64,000 nucleotides of DNA, from NCBI GenBank assembly GCA_039589315.1, contig JBDHHQ010000007.1, positions 48,201 through 112,200 of the forward strand, given 5' to 3'. The notes below the pieces were generated by a model. The model was not told where the DNA came from and ran no database searches. It was given only the letters and a program-made list of their open reading frames with translations. This DNA comes from Gemmatimonadota bacterium (GTDB lineage: Bacteria; Gemmatimonadota; Gemmatimonadetes; Longimicrobiales; Gaopeijiaceae). The translations under genes were made by a program, and so were the position numbers. The first letter of the stretch is position 1; each line of letters begins with the position of its first letter. This document shows, piece after piece, positions 18,943-28,363 of this stretch.

Positions 18943-21467
18943 CCTCAGGGCCGTGGAGCTCCTCGGTGACCAGGTTGCTCAAGACGGCCGTACCGGCCCG
19001 AACATGCTGGTGGCTGCTGGCGTTCTTCCTGACCGTCACCTGCGTCGACCTCGCGGCCCAGCAGATGCCGAAGGAGGACTACATCAGGTATGTCCCCTTG
19101 GAATACCCTCGCATCGTCAGGCAGACCGACGCGAGCCGGCGCTTCCAGCTGCTCGGTGACCCTTCCGCCCCCGGATACCGGGACGTGGACCCGGTCGACG
19201 GCATCGACGACGCGAGGGGCCGGGTCCTTCAGGCACTGGGAGAGCGCTTCGCCCCGTATCTGGTCCAGAACACCACCAGTGTGCCGATGGACCACCGGCG
19301 CTTCATGGACCGGGCTCAGACCTGGCCTCTCTACGTGGATACGTGGGATCTGACCCGGCAACCCGAGCTCGTAGGCGAGGATCGTATCGATCTGGTGCGA
19401 TTGGAGCGCGATCCTTGTCCCAATGCCCAGGGCGCGGCCGCGTCCGCAGTCGACGACTGCCGCCTGCTGGCGCTGCTGGACGAGTTCGATCCAGACGACC
19501 CGTCTCACGCCCGGGCCGGGACCGACGCGCGTGCCCCTGAACGGGATCTGTTCAAGGTCCTGTACTTCAACTTCCCTGGCCACGACGACTCCAGCTGGAA
19601 TGAGGAGTACACCAACGCCCACTCCAATACGCTCGCGGAGCGCTACCGCGATTTCGTGAAGACGTTCGTCCACCCGTTCATCCATGAGGTCACGTCCAAC
19701 GTGGATGGCTCCGTGTCTTACGAGCTCGTCCTCCAGTACTGGTTCTTCTACCCGACCAATGACGGCGGCAACAACCACGAAGGGGATTGGGAGCATCTCG
19801 GTGTGGTGGTCACTCCAATGAGCCGCGTCGGGCAACCCCTCGCGGCCGAGGATATCCTCGGGATGTTGGACGGATCGGCGCTGGGGGACTCGGCGGATCC
19901 GCTCGTTATCGGCCGGCTGGACTACTACATCCACAACCACGTCATGCAGCTCGACCTGTCCCAGCCCAACGTCTACCTGCCGCGGGCGGAGTGGGAAGCC
20001 CAGGTCGCAGCCGCAACCGAGCAGGTCTCCGGTGAGAAGTGGATGTGGCGTCAGCTTCGTCGTCGAGCGTGGGTCGACGAGGCGGAGACCGTCGTCAACA
20101 CGCATCCCTTCGGCTACATCGGGGCCGACAACAAGGGGACCGACCAGCTGCTGGCAATGCCCGGCGGCAAGAACCGGGACTCCCACGCCACATATCCCTT
20201 CGCGGGCCTGTACAAGGACATTGGACCTGCCGGGGCTTCCGAGCAGGTGACCTCCTGGGTCGACTTCCGCGCGTACCTCAACGATCCAGACGTCCTGAAG
20301 AAGCAGCCGTACGGGCGCGGATGGATCCAACGCCTGGATGAGGCGGGGCGCGTAGAGATCGTGCCGGACTGGGAACGGATCCAGTCCCTTCTTCGCACGG
20401 ATCCCGCTGTGCGCAAGCGCTGGAGCTGGCTGCTTCTTCCCCTGCGTTGGGGGTATCCGGCCACTCCGTCCCCCTTCGCCGGAGTCGTGGCCCACGCGGA
20501 AACCGGCAACCTGGCCGTCGTGGGTCCCTCGTACAGCAGCGGCTGGAACAAGGCGGGGGCCTCCGGCGGGTTCACGCCCTTTGCGCCACATCGCTTTTCC
20601 GGCTTCTTCGCCCTGGGCTGGCAGGACACGTTCGTCAACGACTGGGGCTTCCTGAACGCGACGCTGCCCACCCTCACCATCCTGCCGCCGTTTGATATCG
20701 TCTTCCGGGTCCTGCTGGCGCCGGTCCGCGTCGTGGCCGGTCGGCACGAATCGACTTTCTTCCACACCGAGCGAATCCCCTTCCGGTTCATCGGTCTGGT
20801 CGGGGGGATCGGCGACGAGAGCATCCCGAGCGAATTCACGGCCTTGTACGCCAACACGGAGCAGCTCCTGCAGATACTCCAGAGGATCGAGGAGGCGGAT
20901 TCCACGCTGACCAGCCCGCTCGGGGAGGAGTTCAGCCGGGAGGGAAGGAGCGTGTTCGGGGGCATCAGCCTTTTCGTGGGCAAGAGCTTCGTAAGCGAGA
21001 ATCTCGTGAAGCACGTGACTGGAGTAGTGGGCGAGCGGATCGCGCTCGCGGGGCAGACCGAGCCCTTCGTCACCGAGGCGGACCTCGACCTCTGGGAGTA
21101 CGCGGGCAGCCTCCGCTACAGCCTGGCGACGGATCGAATGCAGCCCTTCGGCCGGGCCGGTTGGGGATGGTCGTGGTACCGGCTGCGAAACGTCTCGACG
21201 CAGGGTGAGCCTCTACCCACGCCGGACTCGCCGTGGGTGAACAACTTCACCTGGCACTTCGGCTTCGGTCTGGAGTTCCTCCCCATCAAAGGCACCGGCC
21301 GGGGTTTCGGTGGGTTGGACGCGGGCGTCCGCGGTGAGATGGTGTGGTACCGCCACCGCCTGGGTGCCGATCAGATCGCGGATCCCATCATCCTGGCCGC
21401 CGGACAGGTCGAAAGCGGAAGCGTTACCCGGCGCCAGTTGAGCCTGGCGATTACGTTGAGCTTCTGA
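18939..21467 (+). CDS. Exported protein with a Vps62-like (YWFFY...HEGDWE) domain and a C-terminal outer-membrane beta-barrel
   Basis: Signal peptide; LQYWFFYPTNDGGNNHEGDWEH; SHATY; amphipathic strands ending LSLAITLSF; GTGA overlap with the amidohydrolase. Confidence 0.65.
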   Translation: MTSGPWSSSVTRLLKTAVPARTCWWLLAFFLTVTCVDLAAQQMPKEDYIRYVPLEYPRIVRQTDASRRFQLLGDPSAPGYRDVDPVDGIDDARGRVLQALGERFAPYLVQNTTSVPMDHRRFMDRAQTWPLYVDTWDLTRQPELVGEDRIDLVRLERDPCPNAQGAAASAVDDCRLLALLDEFDPDDPSHARAGTDARAPERDLFKVLYFNFPGHDDSSWNEEYTNAHSNTLAERYRDFVKTFVHPFIHEVTSNVDGSVSYELVLQYWFFYPTNDGGNNHEGDWEHLGVVVTPMSRVGQPLAAEDILGMLDGSALGDSADPLVIGRLDYYIHNHVMQLDLSQPNVYLPRAEWEAQVAAATEQVSGEKWMWRQLRRRAWVDEAETVVNTHPFGYIGADNKGTDQLLAMPGGKNRDSHATYPFAGLYKDIGPAGASEQVTSWVDFRAYLNDPDVLKKQPYGRGWIQRLDEAGRVEIVPDWERIQSLLRTDPAVRKRWSWLLLPLRWGYPATPSPFAGVVAHAETGNLAVVGPSYSSGWNKAGASGGFTPFAPHRFSGFFALGWQDTFVNDWGFLNATLPTLTILPPFDIVFRVLLAPVRVVAGRHESTFFHTERIPFRFIGLVGGIGDESIPSEFTALYANTEQLLQILQRIEEADSTLTSPLGEEFSREGRSVFGGISLFVGKSFVSENLVKHVTGVVGERIALAGQTEPFVTEADLDLWEYAGSLRYSLATDRMQPFGRAGWGWSWYRLRNVSTQGEPLPTPDSPWVNNFTWHFGFGLEFLPIKGTGRGFGGLDAGVRGEMVWYRHRLGADQIADPIILAAGQVESGSVTRRQLSLAITLSF

Positions 21468-21524
21468 CCTGCGCCCAACGGAGGTGCCATCGCGATGAGT
21501 CGTGATTCCAGGACTGGCTAGCGG

Positions 21525-22697
21525 ATGACGGCGAAGGCTCACTCACTCGAAGGCCTCAGGGTCGTGGACCTGTCGCAGAACCTGGCAGGTCCCGTGTGCA
21601 CCCGGATCCTCGCGGATCTGGGGGCGGACGTGATCAAGGTGGAGCCCCCCGGGGGAGATTCAGCCCGAGCGTGGGGGCCTCCGTTCTGGGGGGGCGAGAG
21701 CCCACTGTTCCTGGTGGGGAACCGGAACAAGCGCAGCCTGACGCTCGACCTGAAGGACGAGTCGGGCAAGAGGGCACTCCGCGGCCTCGTGGGGACGGCG
21801 GACGTGTTCGTGCAATCGCTACGAGCCGGAGTCGTCGAGCGATTGGGGTTTGGATACGAGGAGGTCCGACGGATCCGGCCGGACGTGATCTACGTGTCCG
21901 TCACGGCGTACGGACCCGATGGGCCCCTGAGCCACCTGCCCGGTTACGACCCGCTGATGCAGGCCCACAGCGGACTCATGTCCATCACCGGAGACCCGAG
22001 CACGGGACCCTCCAGGACCGGAGCGTCGGTCGTCGACATCAGCACGGGCATGTGGGGCGCGATCGGTGTCCTTTCTGCGCTCCGCACCCGGGAGCGAACC
22101 GGCGAGGGCACGCACGTGGTCACCTCGCTGCTCGAGAGCGCCCTGGGCCTCGTGTCGTACCACCTGATCGGGTATCTGGCGACCGGGCACGTTCCTGGAC
22201 CCATGGGATCGGGGATCTCCATGATCGTCCCGTACGAGGCGTTCCCCACCACGGACGGCCGCCTCATGATCGCCGCGGGCAACGACGCCACGTTTCGCCG
22301 GCTCTGCCAGGCGCTGGACCTGGACGAGCTCGCCGACGATCCCCGCTTCACCACCAACCCCGACCGGGTGGCGAGCCGTCAGGCCCTCGTCCCTCGCATC
22401 GCCAAGGCGACTGCCACGCGAACCACCGATGAGCTGCGGACGCTCCTCGACCGCCACGCCGTGCCGAGCGGCCCCATCAACGACGTGGCGCAGGTCGTGG
22501 CGGACCCGCAGGTCGTAGCCACGGGGGTCCTGGAACCGGCGGATCATCCCGACATCGCGGACTACCGGACCCTCCACCTGCCGCTTCGTTGGAACGGTGA
22601 GCGTGCCCCGTATCGCCGTCCCCCGCCCAGGGCGGGCGAGCACACGGCGGAGGTGCTGGCCGAGCTGGACGGCGAGCCAGACGCTGGCGACGGGTAG
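21525..22697 (+). CDS. Family III CoA-transferase (CaiB/BaiF)
   Basis: LEGLRVVDLS..LAGP, LADLGADVIKVE, NRNKRS, PGYD, SVVD, GEHT. Confidence 0.95.
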   Translation: MTAKAHSLEGLRVVDLSQNLAGPVCTRILADLGADVIKVEPPGGDSARAWGPPFWGGESPLFLVGNRNKRSLTLDLKDESGKRALRGLVGTADVFVQSLRAGVVERLGFGYEEVRRIRPDVIYVSVTAYGPDGPLSHLPGYDPLMQAHSGLMSITGDPSTGPSRTGASVVDISTGMWGAIGVLSALRTRERTGEGTHVVTSLLESALGLVSYHLIGYLATGHVPGPMGSGISMIVPYEAFPTTDGRLMIAAGNDATFRRLCQALDLDELADDPRFTTNPDRVASRQALVPRIAKATATRTTDELRTLLDRHAVPSGPINDVAQVVADPQVVATGVLEPADHPDIADYRTLHLPLRWNGERAPYRRPPPRAGEHTAEVLAELDGEPDAGDG

Positions 22698-22838
22698 CTC
22701 GGTCGGGTCTCGACATGCGGAGGGGGGGCACCCGGCCCGATCTGACGCGAGCGGTGCCGGTGGCGACGACCAGACGGGGGGCGCCTCGGGGGTTCCGTGT
22801 CGATCCGCGTGAGTGGTGCGCCGGTCGACGGCAGGACG

Positions 22839-23822
22839 TCAGGGCGACCCGGTCCGGGCTTCGCGCCAGGCTTCGGTGGCCCGATGGAGCGGAATCGGCG
22901 GCGAGTCCAGGGTGGCCAGGTCGATCTGCTCGGCCTGGGGGTGCACCTGGATGAGCCCGTCCCGCTCTTCCGCGAGCACGTCCAGCAGGTGCGTCACCAC
23001 CTCGTCATCGAGGGACGCCATCCCGACGACCCAGTTCATGACCGCCACCGTCCGGATCGGCTCGTCCACGCCCGGATATGCGCCGGCGGGGATCTCACCC
23101 GGCAGGTAGTACGGGAACTCCGCCACCATCGCCTCCACCACGCCGGCGTCCAGCGGCAACAGCTCGATGCCTCCCGTGGTGGTGGCATCGAGGACGCTGG
23201 AGGCCGGGAAGCCCACCGAGATGGTGGCGGCGTCGATGGCTCGGTCCTTCAGAGCGGCCGACGCCTCGGCGAACGAGAGGAACTGCTCCTCCACGTCATC
23301 GTAGGTCAGCCCGTGCGCAGCGAGGAGCTGCCGCGAGATCTGCTCGGTGCCACTACCCGGAGGGCCCACCGCCACCCGCTTGCCTCGGAGATCGGCCAGG
23401 GACGCGACCCCGGATCCGGGCGCTACCATGATCTGCGTCATGTTCGGGTAGAGCGGTGCCAGCACGCGAAGGTCGGAGACGGGCTCCGGATAGTCCTCGC
23501 TGCCGCGCTGGGCCTGCCACATGGTGATCGCCAGGGCGAACGCCAAGTCCATCTCGCCCGTGCGGAGCCGGTTGATGTTCTCGACCGACCCGCCGGTCAC
23601 CTCGGCCGTGTACTGGCGGAGAGAGTCCCGCAGTGACAGGCGGCTGGCCACCGCGCCGCCCAGCGGATAGTAGATGCCACCTGTGCCGGCCGTTCCGAGC
23701 GACATGAAGCGCGTCGTCCGCGTGCCCTCACCGCCGCAGGACGCTGCGGTTGCCGCTGACAGGAGGACCGCCCCGACAATCCATCGCCGGGTGCGAGGTC
23801 GCCGGCTCAAGGGTCCCACCAC
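22839..23822 (-). CDS. TAXI-family TRAP transporter solute-binding lipoprotein
   Basis: GTAGTGGIYYPLG, TGGSVEN, DLRGKRVAVGPPGSG, IPLH; lipobox-like AASC. Start approximate. Confidence 0.88.
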   Translation of the reverse strand: MVGPLSRRPRTRRWIVGAVLLSAATAASCGGEGTRTTRFMSLGTAGTGGIYYPLGGAVASRLSLRDSLRQYTAEVTGGSVENINRLRTGEMDLAFALAITMWQAQRGSEDYPEPVSDLRVLAPLYPNMTQIMVAPGSGVASLADLRGKRVAVGPPGSGTEQISRQLLAAHGLTYDDVEEQFLSFAEASAALKDRAIDAATISVGFPASSVLDATTTGGIELLPLDAGVVEAMVAEFPYYLPGEIPAGAYPGVDEPIRTVAVMNWVVGMASLDDEVVTHLLDVLAEERDGLIQVHPQAEQIDLATLDSPPIPLHRATEAWREARTGSP

Positions 23823-24198
23823 CCTCGGCCGCGGTACACCGCCTGCCTCGATCGGAGTCGTGGTCCAGCCCACGGGCGCCGCTTTGGCCTCCACGGCGCC
23901 TGCCGCCCGGCTGGGTGCATTTCCCGACTTGGCGCGACGCCCGCGCTGATCACGTCCGGCTTCCACCAGCCCACCTTTCCGAAGATTGCAGACCTGACAA
24001 CGCGTAGCGGGGCATGATAGCGTCACCGCCGGTGTCGGACGAGATCCTCCTGGCCCTTCGGCGGGCATGTCGCTCATGCCATGCACGGGGACTCAACGAG
24101 CCATGAGGGAGCCCCGCCTCTTGTCCGACCTCTCCCGGAGCGGGAGGTTAGGGCGGTTCCGTCACTGTCCACGCCGCTCTGCGTTGGGGCCGACCAGC

Positions 24199-25377
24199 AT
24201 GCATCCAATCAGGAACGCCGTCGTTGCCGTTGTCGTCGCGATCCTGGGAGGCGCGGGCGTGGATGCCGTTGCCCAGGAGCCGCCGGATAGCGGTGCGTTC
24301 GTCACGCGGTTGGGCGAAGACACGATCGCCGTCGAGCGCTGGGTGCGAAGCCCGGAGAAGATGGAGGCCGAGGTCGTACTCCGCGTGCCTCGGACCACCT
24401 TTCGCGCCTACCTGATCGAGTTGAACGACCAGGGCGGCCTCGCCCACTACGATGCGACGATCTGGGAGGGCACGCGAGGAGCGGGCGAGCCCATCGAGAG
24501 GTATGTTGCCGATTCCGACGGGAGGAACCTGGCGTTTCGCATCGCTCGTGGTGAGGAGGCCCAGAACGAGGTGATGGACGTGGAGAGCACCGTCCTCCCG
24601 TTCATAGACATGGTCCATTGGCCGTTCGAGCTCATGCTCATGCGAGCCCACGCCGCGGACCAGGAGCTCGTGACCCAACCGCTGTTCTCCGGGGCCCGAA
24701 CATTCTCGTTCGAGCTCGCTGTCGTCGGGCCCAACCAGATGGCGGTGACTCATCCGACTCGCGGGACCATGAACGTCACGGTGGACGACCAGGGCCGGAT
24801 GACCCTCCTGGACGCTTCGGAGACCACGCGGAAGCTGGCCGTCACCCGGGAGCCATGGGTGGACGTCGACGCGTTCGCCCAGCGGTCCGCCGCCGAGGAC
24901 CGCGAGGGCCGAGCCTTCGGGTCCCTCTCCGGTCGTGGAGAGGCGCTGGCGGAGGTCGGCGGCGCAACGGTCCGGATCGACTTCGGCACGCCGTCCAGGC
25001 GAGGCCGGGAGATCTTCGGGGCGCTCGTGCCGTACGGCCGGGTCTGGCGGACCGGAGCGAACCTGGCCACCCACCTGGAGACGAACCGGGACCTGTTGCT
25101 CGCGGACGAGCTCGAGGTGCCAGCGGGGACCTACACGCTCTACACGATCCCCGAGGAGGACGGGGGCGTGCTGATCGTGAGCACCCGCACGGGCCAGGGC
25201 GGAGCCGTGTATCCGGAGGACGAGGACCTGGGGCGGGTGCCGCTCACCCGATCGACGTTGGACGAAAGCGTCGAGCGGTTCACCGTCGAGCTGGAGGAGA
25301 CAGCGACCGGCGGCATCATCCATCTGATGTGGGACAGGACCGTCTATTCGGCGCCGTTCACGGTGGCCGGAGGCTGA
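24199..25377 (+). CDS. DUF2911 domain-containing secreted protein
   Basis: Signal peptide; C-terminal RGREIFGALVPYGRVWRTGAN...VPAGTYTLYTIP...WD. Confidence 0.85.
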   Translation: MHPIRNAVVAVVVAILGGAGVDAVAQEPPDSGAFVTRLGEDTIAVERWVRSPEKMEAEVVLRVPRTTFRAYLIELNDQGGLAHYDATIWEGTRGAGEPIERYVADSDGRNLAFRIARGEEAQNEVMDVESTVLPFIDMVHWPFELMLMRAHAADQELVTQPLFSGARTFSFELAVVGPNQMAVTHPTRGTMNVTVDDQGRMTLLDASETTRKLAVTREPWVDVDAFAQRSAAEDREGRAFGSLSGRGEALAEVGGATVRIDFGTPSRRGREIFGALVPYGRVWRTGANLATHLETNRDLLLADELEVPAGTYTLYTIPEEDGGVLIVSTRTGQGGAVYPEDEDLGRVPLTRSTLDESVERFTVELEETATGGIIHLMWDRTVYSAPFTVAGG

Positions 25378-25410
25378 CAGTGAACCGACTCGCTGGCTGA
25401 AAGGCGCATC

Positions 25411-25797
25411 ATGGAGGTCATGCGACACGCCGGACGCCCGACCGAACCGGCCGACGAACGACACTTCGAGGGCGTGGCTACGCTGATGCGGTTCCTGGCC
25501 GAGGATCGATCCGCGCCAGGACGCGTCTACCGGGTCTCTTTCGCGACGGGCGCGCGCACCCACTGGCACACACACAACGGGGTGCAGCTGCTCCTGGTCG
25601 TCGAAGGGCGATGCCGGGTCCAGGCTTGGGGAGGCCCGACGATCGTCGCGGATGCCGGCGACGTGGTGAGGATCGAGTCCGGGGAAAAGCACTGGCACGG
25701 CGCGACGACAGACGGCGGGACGGTGCATCTGGCCGTGAACCTCGGCACCCGTACGGACTGGCTCGATCCGGTCGAGCCTGCGGAGGAGAACAGATGA
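25411..25797 (+). CDS. Cupin domain protein
   Basis: FATGARTHWHTH..Q and GDVV.I..GEKHWHGA cupin motifs. Confidence 0.9.
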   Translation: MEVMRHAGRPTEPADERHFEGVATLMRFLAEDRSAPGRVYRVSFATGARTHWHTHNGVQLLLVVEGRCRVQAWGGPTIVADAGDVVRIESGEKHWHGATTDGGTVHLAVNLGTRTDWLDPVEPAEENR

Positions 25798-27265
25798 AGA
25801 AGCTGTTCGGAGTCGCGGTCCTGCTCCTCGTCGTCCTATTGGCCGTGGTCCTGGTGAGGGCTGCGCGCTTGCCTTCTCTCCAGATGACCGGCGTGGAGCC
25901 GGTGAGCGTCCAGATGGACGGACGAGCCGCCGCCGAGAGGTTCGCCGGAGCGCTGACTTTCGCGACCATCTCTCCCCAGGATCCAGCGGACCGCGACTCG
26001 GCGGCCTTCCTGGCCCTCCACGACTACTTCCAGGAGACCTACCCGCTCGTGCACCAGCGCCTCCACCGGGAGACCGTGTCGGAGCTCAGCCTGCTCTACA
26101 CGTGGGAGGGCTCGGACCCGGACCTGGAGCCCATCGTGCTCATGGGGCACCTGGACGTGGTCCCCGTGATCCCGGGAACCGAGGACGATTGGACCCATCC
26201 GCCGTTCGGCGGCGTCATCGCGGATGGCTATGTCTGGGGCCGAGGGGCAATCGACGACAAGGCGAGCGTGGTGTCGGTCCTCGAAGCGGTCGAGGGGTTG
26301 CTGGCGCAGGGACATCGCCCCGCTCGCACCTTCTACCTCGCATTCGGCCACGACGAGGAGGTGGGCGGCCCCGACGGCGCTGGGGAGATCGCAGAGCTCC
26401 TGGAGGCGCGCGGCGTGGCCGACGTGGCCTTCGTCCTGGATGAAGGCGGGGCGATCGCGGACGGCCTGGTCCCGGGAATCGAGGGGCCGGCCGCCATCGT
26501 GGGAATCGGCGAGAAGGGATTCTTGAGCCTCGAGCTCAGCGTCGCAGGCGCGGGAGGTCATTCCTCCATGCCCCCGCCGTCGACGAATGTCGGCGTTCTG
26601 GCCCGGGCCGTAGCCCGATTGGAGCAGGACCCGTTTCCACTTCGCTTGACGGACCCGGTCGCTCAGCAGTTCGCCTACCTGGGGCCGGAGATGGGCTTCG
26701 GTGCCCGGGCTCTGATCTCCAACCTCTGGCTCTTGAAGCCCGTCTTTCTGCGGCTCATGTCACGGAGCCCCCAGGGGGCGGCCATGCTTCGCACCACCAC
26801 GGCGGCCACCATGTTCGACGCGGGGGTGAAGGACAACGTCCTGCCCATCTCGGCCACGGCGATGGTCAACTTCCGCATCCTGCCGGGGGAAACCGTCGAG
26901 TCCGTGACCGGGCGCGTCCGAGAGGTCATCGACGACGACCGGGTGCAGATCCGCGATGTGTCCTCGTCCCGGGATCCCTCGCCTGTCTCCGATCCCACGG
27001 GCCCGCCTACTCGCTGCTCGAGCGCACGATCCGCGAGACGGCTGGCGTGCCCGACCTGATCGTGGCTCCGTATCTGGTCATGGGCGGCACGGACGCCAAG
27101 TACTACTCCGGCCGCTCGCGCAACGTCTTCCGCTTCCTGCCGGCTCGCCTGGGCGAGGGAGACATGGACCGGTTTCACGGAACCGACGAGCGGCTTTCCG
27201 TGGAGAGCCTGGCCGGAAGCATCGCGTTCTTCCAACGGCTGATCCGCAGCTCGGACGAACTGTAG
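25794..27265 (+). pseudogene. M20-family peptidase (PM20D1/carboxypeptidase S-like), frameshifted by a 1-bp deletion near 27003
   Basis: GHLDVVP, WGRGAIDDK, GHDEE, DEGG, GGHSS, KDNV in the first frame; AYSLLERTIRE...GGTD...FHGTDER in the second. Could be an assembly indel. Confidence 0.85.
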
Positions 27266-27303
27266 GCTCGCCAGCGTCAACCGCTAGGAAGGCCCGCTCG
27301 ATC

Positions 27304-28242
27304 ATGCGACGAAAGCCCCGGCTCAATCGTGGCTGGTGGGGTGCGTGGGGGTTCGCAGTGACGCTCCTCGTCGGTGCCACCATGATGGTGGGCGTGTTCT
27401 CATGCACATCCTCGTCCCCCGACCCCTCGGTCTCGGGCCACGCCGACCCGCTCTCGCTTCCCTCTCTCTGGAGCGCGGCCTACCGGGTCGACGCGCTGGG
27501 CGACACCGCGGTCCGCCTCGTGGACGGGTCCGTCGAGGATACCCGACCCGACGGAGGCGTCCGGTTCAGGGCTCGGCTGCGGACCGTCCACGCCCGGGGC
27601 GACCTCGATGCCGACGGGAAGGAAGAGGCGGCCGTCGTCTTGGAGAGCGAAACCGGCGGGAGCGGGGTCTTCGTCGACCTGGTCGTGTTTACCGCTGACG
27701 GATCGGGTCCCCGGCAGCTCGAGGCGCGGTTCCTCGGCGACCGGGTGCAGGTGGAGTCCCTGTCCCTGGAGAACGGGAGCGTCATCGTCGTCCTGCTCAC
27801 CCACGACGACGAAGACCCGCTGTGTTGTCCGACTCGGAGCGTCGTCCGCCGGTTCGTGTGGGAGGCGGACACCCTGGAGGAGACCGAGCTTCCGTACCGG
27901 GAGCTGGATCTGTCCGATGCCACGGCCGAGGTTCGGCGCGCCGCGGAACGGGGCGAGGCGTGGGTGTCCGACCCGCTCCAGGTCGCGCTGCGCACGGTGC
28001 GGCCGCCGGGCGGCGGTAGTGGGGATATCGCGCGGCGGTCGGCCGCCGGCGAGCTGCCCCGCCGCGTCGAGCTCGTCATCGTGGAGCGTGGCCTCCTCGA
28101 CGATTCCACGCGGAGCCGCCGAGTCGAGATCACGGTGGAGAAGGATCCGGCGGGCCTGTGGCTCCCGACCCGAGCCCGTACGGCGTGGTCGTGTTGGCCG
28201 GGCCGCGGTCACGGCTACTTCGCGGCCACGCCTTGTTCCTGA
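27304..28242 (+). CDS. Putative two-domain lipoprotein of unknown function
   Basis: Lipobox-like VFSC; GDLDADG...GGSG and DPLCCPT motifs; C-terminal DDS...CWPGRGH...PC. Confidence 0.7.
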   Translation: MRRKPRLNRGWWGAWGFAVTLLVGATMMVGVFSCTSSSPDPSVSGHADPLSLPSLWSAAYRVDALGDTAVRLVDGSVEDTRPDGGVRFRARLRTVHARGDLDADGKEEAAVVLESETGGSGVFVDLVVFTADGSGPRQLEARFLGDRVQVESLSLENGSVIVVLLTHDDEDPLCCPTRSVVRRFVWEADTLEETELPYRELDLSDATAEVRRAAERGEAWVSDPLQVALRTVRPPGGGSGDIARRSAAGELPRRVELVIVERGLLDDSTRSRRVEITVEKDPAGLWLPTRARTAWSCWPGRGHGYFAATPCS

Positions 28243-28363
28243 TGCGTCCCCCGGTGACCTTGCCAGGCGCTCGGAGGCCGCTGGCAACCGACTCCACGGA
28301 CACCCCGGGCAGGAACGAGTCCGCACGACCGCACGAGAGATCAACGGTGGGAGAGCACGTCAC

